A stretch of DNA of 64,000 nt, taken from Podarcis bocagei (taxonomy: Eukaryota). The notes under the pieces were generated by a model. The model saw only the letters and a list, made by a program, of their open reading frames with translations. It searched no databases and was not told the DNA's origin. Positions 1 through 13,635 of the stretch are shown piece by piece; position 1 is the stretch's first letter; every line of letters starts with the position of its first letter. The translations under genes were made by a program, and so were the position numbers. Location of the stretch: assembly GCA_964188305.1 (NCBI GenBank), contig OZ076885.1; one strand, given 5' to 3'.

Positions 1-20
1 TTTCTGTGGCCTCTCATTAG

Positions 21-29
21 TGGACAAAG
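21..29 (+). CDS. SHANK2: SHANK2 9-nt microexon, (V)DK, phase 1-1
   Basis: ctctcattAG|TGGACAAAG|GTAAGC. Translates (G)TG GAC AAA G = VDK, matching the ...ELEEL-VDK-ASVRKKK-DKPEEI... segment of vertebrate SHANK2. Confidence 0.88.
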
Positions 30-241
30 GTAAGCTGCTAGCTGTCGTTGTATAAAAGCTGACCCAGAACCAAAGTGTTGTACCTGAAAGGAAACTATCT
101 CTTATTGGTGTTTATTGCCCCCAATCCAGCAAAAGCAATTTGTTAGCTTAAAGCAGGTTTTGGCTCTCAGATGTTCCCTACCATAATTTCAATCTCTCCT
201 CCTGGATTAGGGCCTACCATTATTTATTTATCTATTTGATC

Positions 242-350
242 CAGTGCAATCCTATGGATGTGTACTCAGTGCAATCCTATGGATGTGTACTCAGAAGTAA
301 ATCCCATTGAGTTCAATGGGACTTACTTGCAGGTGTGTGTCTTGCAGCCT
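242..350 (+). mobile_element. Short squamate hairpin-type MITE-like repeat with a 25-bp tandem duplication at its 5' end (242-266/267-291)
   Basis: CAGTGCAATCCTATGGATGTGTACT twice, then the palindromic AAGTAAATCCCATTGAGTTCAATGGGACTTACTT. Confidence 0.65.
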
Positions 351-2939
351 GAATTTGCATGGACAAGAACATTTATTAATCTTTACTTCACCTATTTTTG
401 TGCAGAAAAAAATAGTGCTGTAGTAGTAGTATCCATTTTTGCAATATTCTAGTTAAAATATTTCTGATATAAGTTCTTTTTTATTTAAAGAAAACAGTTC
501 AGCCTTTTCCTACCTTTTAGTAATCAAATATTTGTTACATAGAAAACACTTTAGATATCCTGATGTCTAGTGCTGGATCTAGACACATCAAAGAAGTATT
601 TCAGTTTAAAGCGTAAATTTAAACAGGGAAAACAGGTAGAGAAAAAAAGGGACTCCACATCGACATCTGGTGGCACATTATTGCACATACAACGCATATA
701 AATCACTATTTCTTTACCAGTCTCACTGAGTTCTAGGTAACATTGAGTTTGTTTATTTAACACCTTTAGGGGTATTAAGCGGAAACATTTTAAAATAGAA
801 ATTACAGAGGTTTCTCAAATGAAGAGTTTACTTTTTGTATAATCTTCGTTTAAATTTATTGCTTGATTGTGAATTATCAGCAAGCAATTTGCTGATAATA
901 TGCCTTCCTTTGTGCTATTTCTTGCTTTAAATAACACAACAGACCAGTTGCAATTAATATTGTTTAGGTTTTGGGGGGATTAGGTGGGAAATAGGGGGCT
1001 ATTTTATATGAGAGTTATTGGGTTTTTAAATTTTTTTGCCAACCATAAAATTCCTGTTTCACTTGTTTTGAATATCATGAAGTTATCCTTTTAAACAAAT
1101 TTTTGTATCATAGCACAGTCCTTGTTCATTCGCCATGGAAAAATGGGAAAGGCTCCCTTATGAACCATAAAAATAATGATCTTGTTGGCTAACTAGGACA
1201 TTTTTCTTCAATCTGGACATTGTAAGTTACACCTGAGCAGAGGGAGTAATCACCAGGGTGACCTATTAAAGCTATGAAAATGTGTAGTACTCAGTGTAAT
1301 TGACTTCCTCACCATGCTGCCTTTATAGGTCTTAGCATCCGACTCATGAACCATTTTGAGATTCAGGAAAAAGCTTTCTTTGGGCCACAACTGCACCTTC
1401 CTTCTGAGCTCCTTTCTTTTCCCCAAGAAAATCACACAACTTCAAAGGAATGGCAGTTCTTCGGCAGTAATTTGAAATCAACTGCCGTCAAGGGAAGACT
1501 TGGCCTCCACCATGGGCTTGAGTGAATCACAGCAGCTCAGTCTCACTCGCTTGCATCAGAGGTCATCCTTGGGAACCTGGCAGCTACCTGCAAGAGAAAA
1601 GTTGCTTCTGTCAGGGGCTGAGCAGGTTCCACTCCCTTCCCTCAGAGGAGATGTTGCCTACTAGGCAGTGGTGAAAAGACAATGTCAGCAAAGATGAGAT
1701 CAGGAAATGCCTGAATGATTAATCCTGGAACCATGTGGATATCATGGTTGCTCACCTGCCTTCATCCCTGGCTACCAGGCCGCACTCGCTTGCTGGCCAG
1801 CTGCTGGGGAAGTTCCCCTGGGCCAGCAGTATCAGGGGGTGGTCTTCCTGCCAAGGAGGGCAAATTTGAATGGGAGCTTGAATGATATAAGCTCAACAGG
1901 AAGGTCTAGGTGTGTCTGTAGGAAAACTTGTTCTTTCTTATAGTTCTTGGTAGAATGCTAAGACCTATAAAAGCAACTATGGAGAGAATCAATTGCTACA
2001 CGTTTTAACACTTTAAACAGGTCAGCCTGATAATTACTCTGTCCTGGTGTAACTCTAGTTAGTTCACATTTTCTCTAAAGAAATACAAGAAAAGCTCTTG
2101 CCTTCTGGTTGCACATATTGGGCGTTTTATTTTTGAGAAGGCTATCACTGAAAGGATAGGCATAAATAACCTTAAAGGAGTTGGCAATAAAGAATATGTC
2201 TTCCTGACCATTATAATATAGAAATTTGAGGTTTGTTCGTCCTTCATAATTTTTATATTAAATGGTTATACAATTTTATAGAAAATTAAGTACTTTGCTA
2301 TGATGAAAAATTGTCTTAATAGCTAGAGATATCCACACCAAACGTGATTCAAAGTCCATGAATGCACACAGGAAACTTTGTATGAGTTGGAACTTCCTTA
2401 TTTACTTCCATGACATAATTGTAAGCAAGATTTTCTGGAATTGTGTTGAAGAGAACAGGACCCCCTTGATTATACAGGGAAAGAGTACACAATACTTAAA
2501 ATATTCCTGCATGCCTACCAATGCTGCTAAATATGCAAAGGCTTTAGTCCTCTGCAAACTTAGGAGTAAATACCACTAATGTCATTTGTATGTTCCGCTG
2601 TGTAAACTTGCATAGGATAAGGCTGTAGATGTGATGGTGTCTTTTGAAAGACCACCTACCATTTATAAGAGTATGCAAACGTTCATGCTGCACAGAATAT
2701 GGAGTTGAAAATTATGGAGTTTTAGTCATGGCAAAAGTTTAAATTATTATTGTTGCTGCTGTTGTTACTGTTTTTCGACTTCCTTTCATCAGTGATGTCT
2801 AACAAAAATAGTTCAAAAACTATATCTATTGTGCATATAAATGTTTTATTAACTAGTCTAAATGGCTTTAAAATATTTTTTTTATTTGCCAGTATATAAA
2901 AAAGATAGACTTACAGGAAGCTGCCATAGGAACATAGTA

Positions 2940-3072
2940 CAAATATTTGTCCATATATCCAAAATTGCCTACAATGACTCTCCATGGTTTCAGATGGGAA
3001 TCTTGCCCAGTCCCATCTGGTGATGCCAGGGATTGAATTTGGAACCTTCTGCATGGAAAGCATGTGCTCACT
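2940..3072 (-). mobile_element. tRNA-derived squamate SINE fragment (Squam2-like)
   Basis: GATGCCAGGGATTGAATTTGGAACCTTCTGCATGGAAAGCATGTGCTC is the reverse of a tRNA-like head with a B box. Confidence 0.6.
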
Positions 3073-4390
3073 ATTTATCATTGATAGTGTATTTGTATTG
3101 TCCCTCTTCTTAATGGGTTCCTCTTCCTACTTTTCTCTGTACTCTCTCTTCTTAAACTGGACCAGCCTCCCCCCACTCCACTTTCACAGGGCCATTCATT
3201 CCCCTTGAAAGCAGTGGGGGGATGTTGGTGACTTTTATAGTGCATGGGTGGGAAGCAATCAAAGAACTTTGGAGTCCATGTGGGTCTACACTTCAGTCAT
3301 GAATACTTTATTTTTTTAACAATAGAAAAGCTTTGTTGCCACAGTAAATGACAACAGCCACCATTCCCCACCACCCTCAATAATACCTCTAGGAATAATA
3401 CTACATCATGACACAGCATAATTCTCAGGGGGCATTCCGTACTGAATTACAAAGGAGTGTCAATGCACTGCTCAGGGCAGCCAAGCTGCCACTTGAAACT
3501 TTGGCAGAGTTTTTTATGGTCCTTTACAACTATCCTCTCCCATCCCAGCCTGAAGATAAGCTCACTCCCACCCTAAAGTTCTTTGATTCGGATCTTCAGG
3601 GGCGGGTGTTATTCTTCCCCACCTCGAAAGCAACAATAGTCTGGGCTGAATGTCCAACACTACGATTTTCTTATTTGTGACCAATAATATTTCTTACCTT
3701 GTGGTATTCCAGTGGAATTTCTTTCTTTTCTTTTCTTTTCTTTGAATACATGACAGTGTCCCCCTTCTTGTGAATGAATTGTTTTGTTTAAGAACTCCCC
3801 CTCAGTTTTAAACCAGTTTGCTATTCTGTGTATTAAGGGGCTGCTATTTTTGAGGAAACAGCCCATTGGGTCAAGGAACTAATTTAGTGGTTCTGTGGAG
3901 CTCATGTTCAGCTTTGTGCCCCCTGTAATATTACACGGCTGCTTCCAAATTAGTGTTGCACAAGCTCTAATTCATGTCTGCCCCTCTTTAGAATCTGCAC
4001 TAAGATTGTCAGGAACTAATGGCCTAAGAAATTGTCACAATTCTTTCCCCTTTGAATTCAAACTCTTAAAATATTCCCCGCCACCGCCCCTCCACAATCA
4101 TGCTGATATTTTTAAAAATCTAAATCATGCTGTTTAACTTTTAGGATGAGATCTTCCTTTTCGGCATAGCCATGGTATTCTGCCTTTTAGATTGTATCTT
4201 TTGGAATTAGAGTTTAAACATAGCCTGTGCTAGTTTTGCTAATGCTTATGGTGATTTGAAAAAGGGAAAGCATACCGGTAGTACTGAGTATGCTCAGTGT
4301 TGGTGCTTGAGACTCAAACAGGGATTTATCATTTTAGAATGACCTTCTCTTCACATTTTATTTACCATTCATTCCCTTTCTATTTTCAAG

Positions 4391-4411
4391 CTTCAGTACG
4401 GAAGAAGAAGG
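4391..4411 (+). CDS. SHANK2: SHANK2 21-nt microexon, (A)SVRKKK, phase 1-1
   Basis: ccctttctattttcaAG|CTTCAGTACGGAAGAAGAAGG|GTAAGG. Encodes ASVRKKK(D), the known SHANK2 insert after the PDZ region. Confidence 0.93.
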
Positions 4412-5820
4412 GTAAGGGGAAGCATTTTATCTCTTTTAATTTGTTTTTTCTCCCCTACACCTTTTCATATTAAAGGAGGATACATAGTTGTAAATGGTCC
4501 AGTTTGTCAGTCATAAAAATAATTTATTAATATGTTTTAGCTATTTAGATAATGAACTGAAATCACATAAAATAACCTAATTTCCTTCACATTTGAAATA
4601 GATGATCCCATTTCTTTCTTTTGTCTTGCCTCCTTCATCCCCACTTCCTCTCCCTTTATATGTTTAAGATCCCTTCCCAGTTGTTCCCCAGTCATTATTT
4701 CAAAGTTACTGTGCTAACTGGTGATCACTTAGGGCTATTTCATGCATGGCATGTCCCCAGGTAGGAAAAAAATATGTGCACACACGTCATGTTGTATGTC
4801 TATTCTGCTGTGGTTACCTGTATTTGGAACCACCTGCTGCAGCTTCTGAACATGTGTAACCAAGGCAGAATAAACACTTGTGCCGTTTTCATGCTCAGCA
4901 ATGTATGTGGGTGTACACATATTTTTCTGCACTGAGTTTCCCTTCATGTAGGAAACTCATGAATGAAGCAGCCCTATGAAAAGCAGTGGCAAGTAACAGG
5001 AGTTTGGTGTAGTCCTGCATCACTTATTTCACTTGCCTGCTTAATAGCCAGTCGTTACTTACAAAAACCACACTGCCTCTGTCTCAAAAATAGGCACCTC
5101 ACACACACCTTGAGTCTTTACCTGGAGAACTGCTGCTCTGCATAATTTCAGGTTGAACTTAGCATCTTCCACACTGTCCCGTATGCATGGAATGCCCTCC
5201 CTGAACTGATCCATAAGGTCACAACTCTCCTCTCCTTTATCTCCTTGAGACCCACCTCTGCTGCAATGCCTACTGAGCCTATTGCACAACTTGCAATGAC
5301 AGATTGCTATGTGAAAGGACAGATGGGGATTGTTGACATTTTGTAGTAATACTAATTATATATAAATATATGTATATAAAGGTTGCATATATTTAGCTGC
5401 ATCCCTTTTCTTCCTTACCCTTTGTATGTCACCTGCTTTCTTCAAGGCAGGGAACTTTGTTTTTTTGTATATATGATTGCCTAGCACACTGCTAATCCAT
5501 AGAGGTAGAAGAAATTGAGGATAAGTCATGTGTAGATTACAGAGTTGTGTGAAGCATTAACTTTGATGCTATGTTACAGTGGTGAAGCAAAGTGGCTGGA
5601 GTTAAATTTACTTAATTTTGTTTTTTGTTTTACACTTTTCCCAACTCTCTCGTTTCTCTTCCTTTTGTTGATCATATTAAGAAGAGCTCCAAGTACACCT
5701 ACAGCACTGCCACTCAAATCATTCTACAGAAACCCATATAGAATAAAACCTTGTAACTAGTTGTGAGCCCCAGTGACTTGGAACACTTTGTAGTGTAGAT
5801 GGGTTCTCCAATAAGTATAA

Positions 5821-5824
<4 letters not shown>

Positions 5825-5857
<33 letters not shown>
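5825..5857. repeat. (TG)n microsatellite
   Basis: Seen directly. Confidence 0.95.
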
Positions 5858-5863
<6 letters not shown>

Positions 5864-6474
5864 GCTTTTGTTTCACTGAGGGGGAGGATAAATGCCCTGG
5901 ATATGGCTTTTGAAACCACGCACAGCCAGTGGCTCCACTTCACGTGTTATAACATTTAGTGTATATATGCAGTCCATACTCTCAAACTGACATCCACTGT
6001 GAACGATGTATACGTTGACACAAAAGTCATTACTTGTGCCAGAGAGTCAAGAATTTGTCTCTGCCACATGTACACATACTTTAAAGCATATATGTTTCTT
6101 GTAAAGCAGACCTCACATGTGTAGAATTTCCTTTATGCGAAGTTGCATTGTACTTTGCATGGCATTCTGCATAGGCAGGGGCTGTCCCAATAGCAGGCAT
6201 AGGTTCATATGGATGTATTTGGTGTTTCCCGTGAAATTGAAGACAATAAGGTAGCCCCTTATTACTCTTAATCAGAGCCCCTTATTTACAATGGAGCCAC
6301 TGGATCAGGGCCGTGGTTTAGCAATACAGTTAAGAGATAAAATTCCTTTGTAAGATTAAAATCAAATATTATGTTTTCCGCTACTTTTAACTTTACTTCT
6401 GAATGTTGCATAGTGTTACTAAAAAAACCCAACTTCTCAATCTGTAATACATCTTTTTAGCTTCCAGTTATAGA

Positions 6475-6545
6475 CTCACCTGCCAGTAAGCCTCATTTAA
6501 CTCAATGGAGCTTACTTCTGAGTAGACTTTTACAGGATTGCACTG
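6475..6545 (-). mobile_element. Inverted copy of the same short hairpin repeat family
   Basis: Reverse complement aligns to 267-337 with 13 mismatches in 71 nt (manual alignment). Confidence 0.65.
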
Positions 6546-9500
6546 TTACATTGCTATTTTCCCTTTCATCATCCTTCTCAAACTCAGAACTAAGCCACTC
6601 AACTTTAAAATATGCATTATTTCAACTTGAAAACTGGTCTTATTTCTTTTGGTTTACAATATTTTGAAAAATTAATACAAATTTGACCCAGAAAATACAC
6701 AGTTGAATTTTTAATAAATGAATTAATCTAAATTGTAGGATTTTTTTGGGAGTATCCACTGCTTAGCAAGGTGGCTAGTCTAGACCATGAACTCAATTGG
6801 GGGGGGGGAATCTTAAAATTAGCAAAACAAATAACACAGGGAGATTTTTGCATAATTCAGACAAAACATTTGCATACCTTTTGTATCTCATAGAGTTTTA
6901 GAACAATATATTATATAGCAATATATTTCCTCTGTTTAATGTCTATGCATCCTTGCCCCGATCAAGAGATCACATATACACATGGTAGGTTATGTATATG
7001 TATGTGTATGGTGTCTCCCAATCTTTTTAAGGACTTCTTCATTTTAGCGGATAGACCCAAACTAAGTGTGCCAATGATAGGACATATGGGGATAGGGCAC
7101 CTCCATTGAAATGAACAGAGAATTCCATTAACATGTCTTGGTGAAAACAAGATTTATCAGGGCATGTGATAATGCAATGCCCAACAAATCCCCACTGAAT
7201 CAAACAAAAACATACCCAAACAACAAGCAATATGATTATTTCACCAGTATAAGCACAATATGACTAGAATTTTAAAATTAAATAATTCCAGCCTATTAAT
7301 TCATTTTTTCAAAAATGAAGCAGCAACAAAATAAACCAGCCTATCTATAGATTATTATTTTTTAAAGAAATCATGAGGCAACGATGGCTTACATGACCAG
7401 ATAGCTATGGAATTTGTAGGGGGAGCAGGTTTTGCATAGCTATTTTGGAACACTTTTCTAATTCATAAGTACCAAATTTTATTCTAGCAAATTTGGTGTA
7501 TCAAGCAATGTCAGGTTTCCTTTGATCTTATTTGAGATTTTAAGCTTAGCTAGTTGGTTTTTCCCCCTGAACAGTTTCTAAACTGGATATTGTTCAATTC
7601 TCCATCTATAAGTGCTTCCAAAATGTTAATTTGTGACAAGAATAATCGGATATGCGTTTAGGGGATTTTTACTGCTGAATTGGTGCTAGCCAAATAATAA
7701 TAATTCTGAAACAGGAATATTTTTGCCTTCCTCGATTTTTGTTGATCTTTCTCTTGGGAGTATAAATTTTAATTCTAGAAGAATATTACCATATTACCTG
7801 CAGAAACATTAGGTTAGGTCATAGTGCAATTTAATACGAGATGCAACTCACCTAACAGAACAATGTTTAATAGTGGTATCTTCTAAAAGAAGCGTATCAG
7901 TGGCATTAGTAATAAAAGCAATAATATTTATAGTACATGGTATAGTATCATTTTTTCCCAGAAAAAAGCGTGAAATGATGGCATTTGAAACAATTAAGAC
8001 ATAAATTAAATCCAATACTTGAATTCCAAATGTAATAGGGAACGAAAAGTGGCCTGATGTGAAAAGGCTACACACTGCGATTACAGGTATTTCAGCACTG
8101 TGGAATAGATCATAGGACTTTCACAACCAAGGAATAGTGAAAGCAGACATGGTACCAGCTCTAAAGTGTTCACACCTTCAAATATGATGATAATCTCGGA
8201 AAGATGTTTTGGACAGAATTATTTAAGTCATCAGAAAGAAACCTTGCCGTCAAAGATATGGATATTCCTGATGTTACCAATCTAACATGGATCCTCTGAA
8301 GGATATTTGTGTAAGTATTAATTGCTGACACCAAATGAAAATCTGAGTTAATATTACTATTTCATGGTATGCAGTTTTAAGTTTTGATGGAGATGTGTTG
8401 AATGCACACTTAATCATTTTTAAGGGGTGATATTCCGTCTTCTCTTAGCAAATTTATTAAATATCTGTTCATTTATCCCAATGAGGTAAAGCCATATTTA
8501 TTAGCATAGCAAGGAATCAGACTTCACTTGTTTTCTAATACATATCAGTAAGAATGTTATCTGTTAAAGAGGTACAAAGGAGTTAGTGATGAAAGAAATA
8601 CAAGGGGTGAATTTTTGAGTTCTGTTCAGTACTTTCTGGGAGTTCTCAGAGATAATGAATCCAGGTGCTGAATATTTCTGAAACATTCAGCATGATTTCA
8701 TAATCAGGTGGTGAAAATTAGTAGTGCTTCTGAAAATGTTTGCAGTCCTTAATACATGAGGGCTTTTAAAGCTTCCATGTTGCCATTGTTCTTGCTGTCT
8801 ATTATGAGCAGAATACTCATACAATTATAACTAGTCATGCATCCCCACATGTAAAGCACTTCATTGTCTTTCTTCACTAGAGAAAAGTAATTGAGGGTGA
8901 CTTTGCCATCCCAGTGAGGAAAACATTACAAGAGAAAATAAAGTGATGGAATTGTAAGTATTCAAGAGAATCATATTACTACGGCCATTAGGTGTGAAAT
9001 TTTTCAGCAAAACCCCTGGAAATTGTTGGCTGAAAGATGAGTAAGACTTTATTATATATTTTTAGACAGTTTGTTATTTAAGATTTTCAGAATTTAAAGG
9101 TTGCACATAGAACGCATTTTCAAAGCTTTTAATCTTTTTGTCTTTCAGGTGCTGTAATGCTGCCACTGTGACTTAAACTTCAGTATGCCTTATTTAAGGT
9201 ACCAGAGAGGTGGACAGCATACTCTTCCTTTCTCTCATTCTTTCTTTCCTTTCTTCCTGATTTCCTTCCTTATTTTTTCAAGGCCTTTTCTTCCCATTCC
9301 ACATTGTTTGTTTTTTCAGTTGTTAACAATGTCATGTTGACTCCTAATTAAAACTGTAAAATAAATTACTCTAGGCATCTTGTAGTTTGTTTTCATTTGC
9401 CTTGCTCAGTTCTACAAGCTGGCTCATGTGTTTGCAGAATTGCACCATAACTTACTATAATGTTTGGAAGATTGATTCCCCATCTCCAAATTCCATCTCT

Positions 9501-11502
9501 TCGAATGCTGGCTCAAATCTAGCACATTTTGTTTCCACTTATTTTCTCAATTCTGAAAACCTTCCATGTTTTCAGAATGAAATAACTTTTTTTTTGAAAA
9601 ATAAATACTGTATTTCTAAAATAACTGTTGCTTCTGCAATGTAGAATATCTCTTGTGTTGTAAGATTACAAACATATGGAGCATCTATGCATACATTCAC
9701 ACATAATATTTTTTTTCATCTGCATATGGGGATTTGAGTTGTCATTCCATGTGATGGAGTAAGGTATAATCTAGCATTAGATAACAATGTTATCATGAGG
9801 TTATCTTATCCCTAGCAGCTGGTTGTTTGGAATGACTAATTTAGAATGACTTTTCCTTTGGTTCTTCATTCGATAGAAACCACATTACAGAAAGGAAGGA
9901 TGAGATTGGGGGTCAGTATGTTCATAAAACTTCCCAGTAGAATTAATTCAGCAGCAATATTAGTAAATATTCCCAAAAGGCAGATAGTCTAAAATTTGGC
10001 CAGCAAAGAATTAATGGATCCCTAGATACGATTCAAATGAATATCAAGTGATTCAACCTGTGTGGCTCTGTGTTCCCTAAGTCTTAAACGTTTTTACTAA
10101 AAACTATTCTTGAAGCACAGCATATGTATCTAATATGACCCAGTCATCTCTTATTAGTTTCTGCCCATTGATTATAGTATAATTTATTAATCTATAAATA
10201 TTATCTTTCATGCATTAGAGTGAAATCTGATTACTGAAGCACACATGATATTTTCCAGATACCTTTTTAATTCGCACCTCTTCCAGATAAGAGGTATATA
10301 GGTGTTAAGATGTTAGATGACAGGATTTGTAAATCTGTTGCTTTCGAATTAATATTTGGTATTAGTTTCATATACCATTTTCCCCACCCTGTACAATGAT
10401 TCTATCCTGTACAATGTCTGATTTGAGGTTTGCCAAGACATGCAAGCATCTCCTCCCAGTTCTCTTAAACAGACTACCCATTTTAGAAGCCCTCTTGCAT
10501 AATCTGAAATTGTCAACTTCTTATGTTGGGCTGTACGGTTGCATACTTTACAATACACTGTCTTAATTTCATTTATCTTACAGTTTGGCTTGATTCAGAC
10601 CTCACACCAAAGCATGCTTTGCACTAATTGTAGCTTAGAACCCAAACCATGGTTTGAGCTTCCATATGTAAAGACAAAGCATGAGTTAGAGCTGCTTGTT
10701 TGCTTTTGTTTGCTCTGCTACATCATGTCAGTTCCTTCCCATGTGGAGCAAATATAGGTAATTGCCTAGGTCCAGTGCTCTCAGGGGCCCACACCTTAAC
10801 ACAGCACACATGACTACAGGTCCTGTACACGGACAAAGAGCAGGCCAGTGGCTAGGCAGAAACCATGCATTCAGTCACTCTTTTGTGGCTCCAGGAAATG
10901 CAGGCATGGGGTAGGGGCATGCCTGCATTAAGAGAAAACTATTTCAAATAAACAATGACAGAAAAGTTATTATTTTCCCTCTCCCATGCGGGGTAGGGGG
11001 GGTATTGTTATTTTTTACCCTACTTACTTTGCGTCTCATCCCATGTTGAACTCCAAGAATGTGAGGCAACCACATTCACCTATTTAAACTGCATTTGAGG
11101 CTCGCAAATCCTGAATTCAACTAATTCAATAATATTTACTTGCGTAAAACCAAATATTGTTGTGAGTAATCCTACATAAATGGCATTATACTAAAGACCT
11201 TTACTCTTAATAGTGAAAGTTAATAGTGAAAGTTATTACTAGTACACTCTCTGCTCTTTTCTGTTTCTTGGAGTGGGGGTGGAATTGGACAGAATTTCTT
11301 ACTAAAATCTCGTATGTTGAAACTGTTTTATAAGGCCACATGCTATATTTATAATGTATGAATAATGAAGGTGTAAAAAGAGAATATCAATTCTACATTT
11401 TGCTGTTACTAAAGCTATCTTATAGAGTAAGTGGTTAAGGTGTATGTCCTAGAAATGCTTTGTACAGAGTTCTAGATTCAAACTCAGGCACCTGTCTAAA
11501 AG

Positions 11503-11706
11503 CTTTATTTGATTTATTTTTTACATTTGTATCCCACCTTTCCTCCAAGGTAGAGTACATGATTCCTGCCCTTCCCTTCACAGCAACCCTGTGACATAGG
11601 TTAGGTTGAGAAGCCCTAACTGGCCCAAATATCACCCAGTGAGCTTCTTTCCTCTGTGGATATTTGAACCTGAATCTTCTAGATTCTGCTCTGGTACTAA
11701 CCACTA
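11503..11706 (-). mobile_element. Squam3-like tRNA SINE
   Basis: TTTATTT tail, ATCCCACCTTTCCTCCAAGG, CAACCCTGTGA..TAGGTTAGG, reverse B box ATTTGAACC, and the AACCACTA reverse A-box end. Confidence 0.7.
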
Positions 11707-13175
11707 GCTTTTAGGTGTCTTCCAGATGTTTTCTCAAGACATCCAATTGTGGTTTCTCTACCTCCTGGTTTAGTTGAATTTCACCTGTATAAAAATGTCA
11801 TGGAGGTTAAACAACGTACTTTGTCCTGCATTGTGCACACCCTAGGAAAGACCTCCTATCATGCTAAACCATAATAGCAGAAACCATGGCTTGCAAGACC
11901 AGTTCATACCATGGTTTCTTATATGATTTGCTGGATAATCACAGGCTGTGTGTTGTCAATTCAGGCATCACATCTTGGTTTGATTTGTGTCTGAATTTGA
12001 GTCATTATGTCTGATTCCAGATTTAGATTATTTTATCTTGATACCATCAGTTCATCTTTAGTAGCATTCTTTTCGTAAATTACAGAACTTCTATGTACAA
12101 AATATCAGACTCCCCTGAGATAACATTTTTATGTTATACATTTCACATATGGAGAGAATCTGTGTTTTGTGTCTTAAAATGTCATATAAAATAAGAATAA
12201 TTTGATTGCATTCATTTCTGGCATCTGTAAAAAGCTTGCAAATGTTAAATAAATTAGCCACAAACTGAATATGGTATCAGTGGTTATTTCTTGTGAGCAA
12301 ATGTAATTAACAGTCTGACCCGTAACTATTTTAAGTTTGCTTTATTAAACTTTGTTAGCAAATAAAATTTATGTAATAATAAAAGAGGAAAATTGTTCTT
12401 TTTATAATCAAATAAGTTAATCTTACATACATTTCAAACAGCACTAACATTTCCCCCCTTGCTTTTCCCATTCATGACTATCCTTTTCTGGAACCAATCT
12501 AAAACACTTGGATTTGTGCTTTTTCAATCTTTGAATTAGTCAATGAAACCATACTGGTTGATATGCAAATATTCAAGGTTTACTGGGTTATAGATCAGGC
12601 TATAAAATCCTTTTTCTTAATTTTAAAATTACATCTTAATGCTAGTCAGCTGTTTAAGAGATGCCATGTCTAATACACGTACACAATGCATTGAGAAACT
12701 ATCTCAAGTTACCTGTCAATGTAGACTTTAAGTTAAAGTATATATAGACATGGAATAGATCTATGTTGGACAGCCCCCACAACAAGGTGGGGAGCACTTT
12801 CAAGTGAAGTGAGTTTCCATTTGAAGCTGTCACTTTTATATCTTGCTCTTAAGTACATTGGGTGACTATATTGGGCTGAAATTCAAAATTTCTGCCTTGT
12901 TTCCCTGTGTACACCAAGATTTCCGGTTTCCACATTTCACAGCAGCCTTCGGTGTCTCCCTGAGAAGCCTCTTAGGAAGATTAGACAATTGTCCAGTGCA
13001 GTATCTAGCATAGTGCAAAGGACCGCAGCTGAAAGCAAAACTCAGCAGTATCTCACGTGTTTACAGAAGCACTTCAATCACATCAGCACAGATGTATTTC
13101 GCTCTTGGCCATAATCACTCCAAAGTACCATTACTGTTGTTGGGGTTTTTTGGCCAGTCTTGAAGCCATATTCTG

Positions 13176-13635
13176 ATGATCCCTCGTACCTACGGGACAG
13201 CTTCTCCTGGTATGTCCCACGGAGGAACTTATGATCTTCAAACAAAAACATCTTGGCGGTCCCAGGCCACAGAGAGGTTAGGCTGGCCTCAACCAGAGCC
13301 AGGGCTTTTTTGGCTGTGGCTCCGATCTGGTGGAATGCTCTGCCACAAGAGACTAGGGCCCTGAGGGACTTGACATTTTTCCGCAGGGCCTACAAGACAG
13401 AGCTGTTCCACCAGGCCTTTGGCCAGGGCACAGCCTGACTCCCTCCTTTGGCAATCTTCACAGAACTCTAGCCCAATGGTTGCCATCAATTTGATTTGAA
13501 TTAATTTTATAATTAAATGATTTTAGAATGTTGTATTATTTTATTGTTGTTAGCCGCCCTGAGCCCGGCTTCAGCTGGGGAGGGTGGAATATAAATTAAA
13601 AAATATTATTAGTATTAGTATTAGTATTAGTATTT
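13176..13635 (+). mobile_element. L2-clade LINE 3' end with (TAT/TATTAG)n tail
   Basis: Encodes ...RAFLAVAPIWWNALP...FRRAYKTELF (L2 ORF2 C-terminus), then TTGTTAGCCGCCCTGAGCCCGGCTTCAGCTGGGGAGGG and a simple-repeat tail. Confidence 0.8.

Noticed and set aside
8088-8316. Protein-like stretch KYDDNLGKMFWTELFKSSERNLAVKDMDIPDV followed by GTAAGT
   Set aside because: Flanked by stops and not assignable to any family from sequence alone.
9149-9198. Strong acceptor (tctttttgtctttCAG) with a possible donor at 9199
   Set aside because: The phase-1 reading hits TGA after 7 codons and the donor GTACCA is weak; no support.
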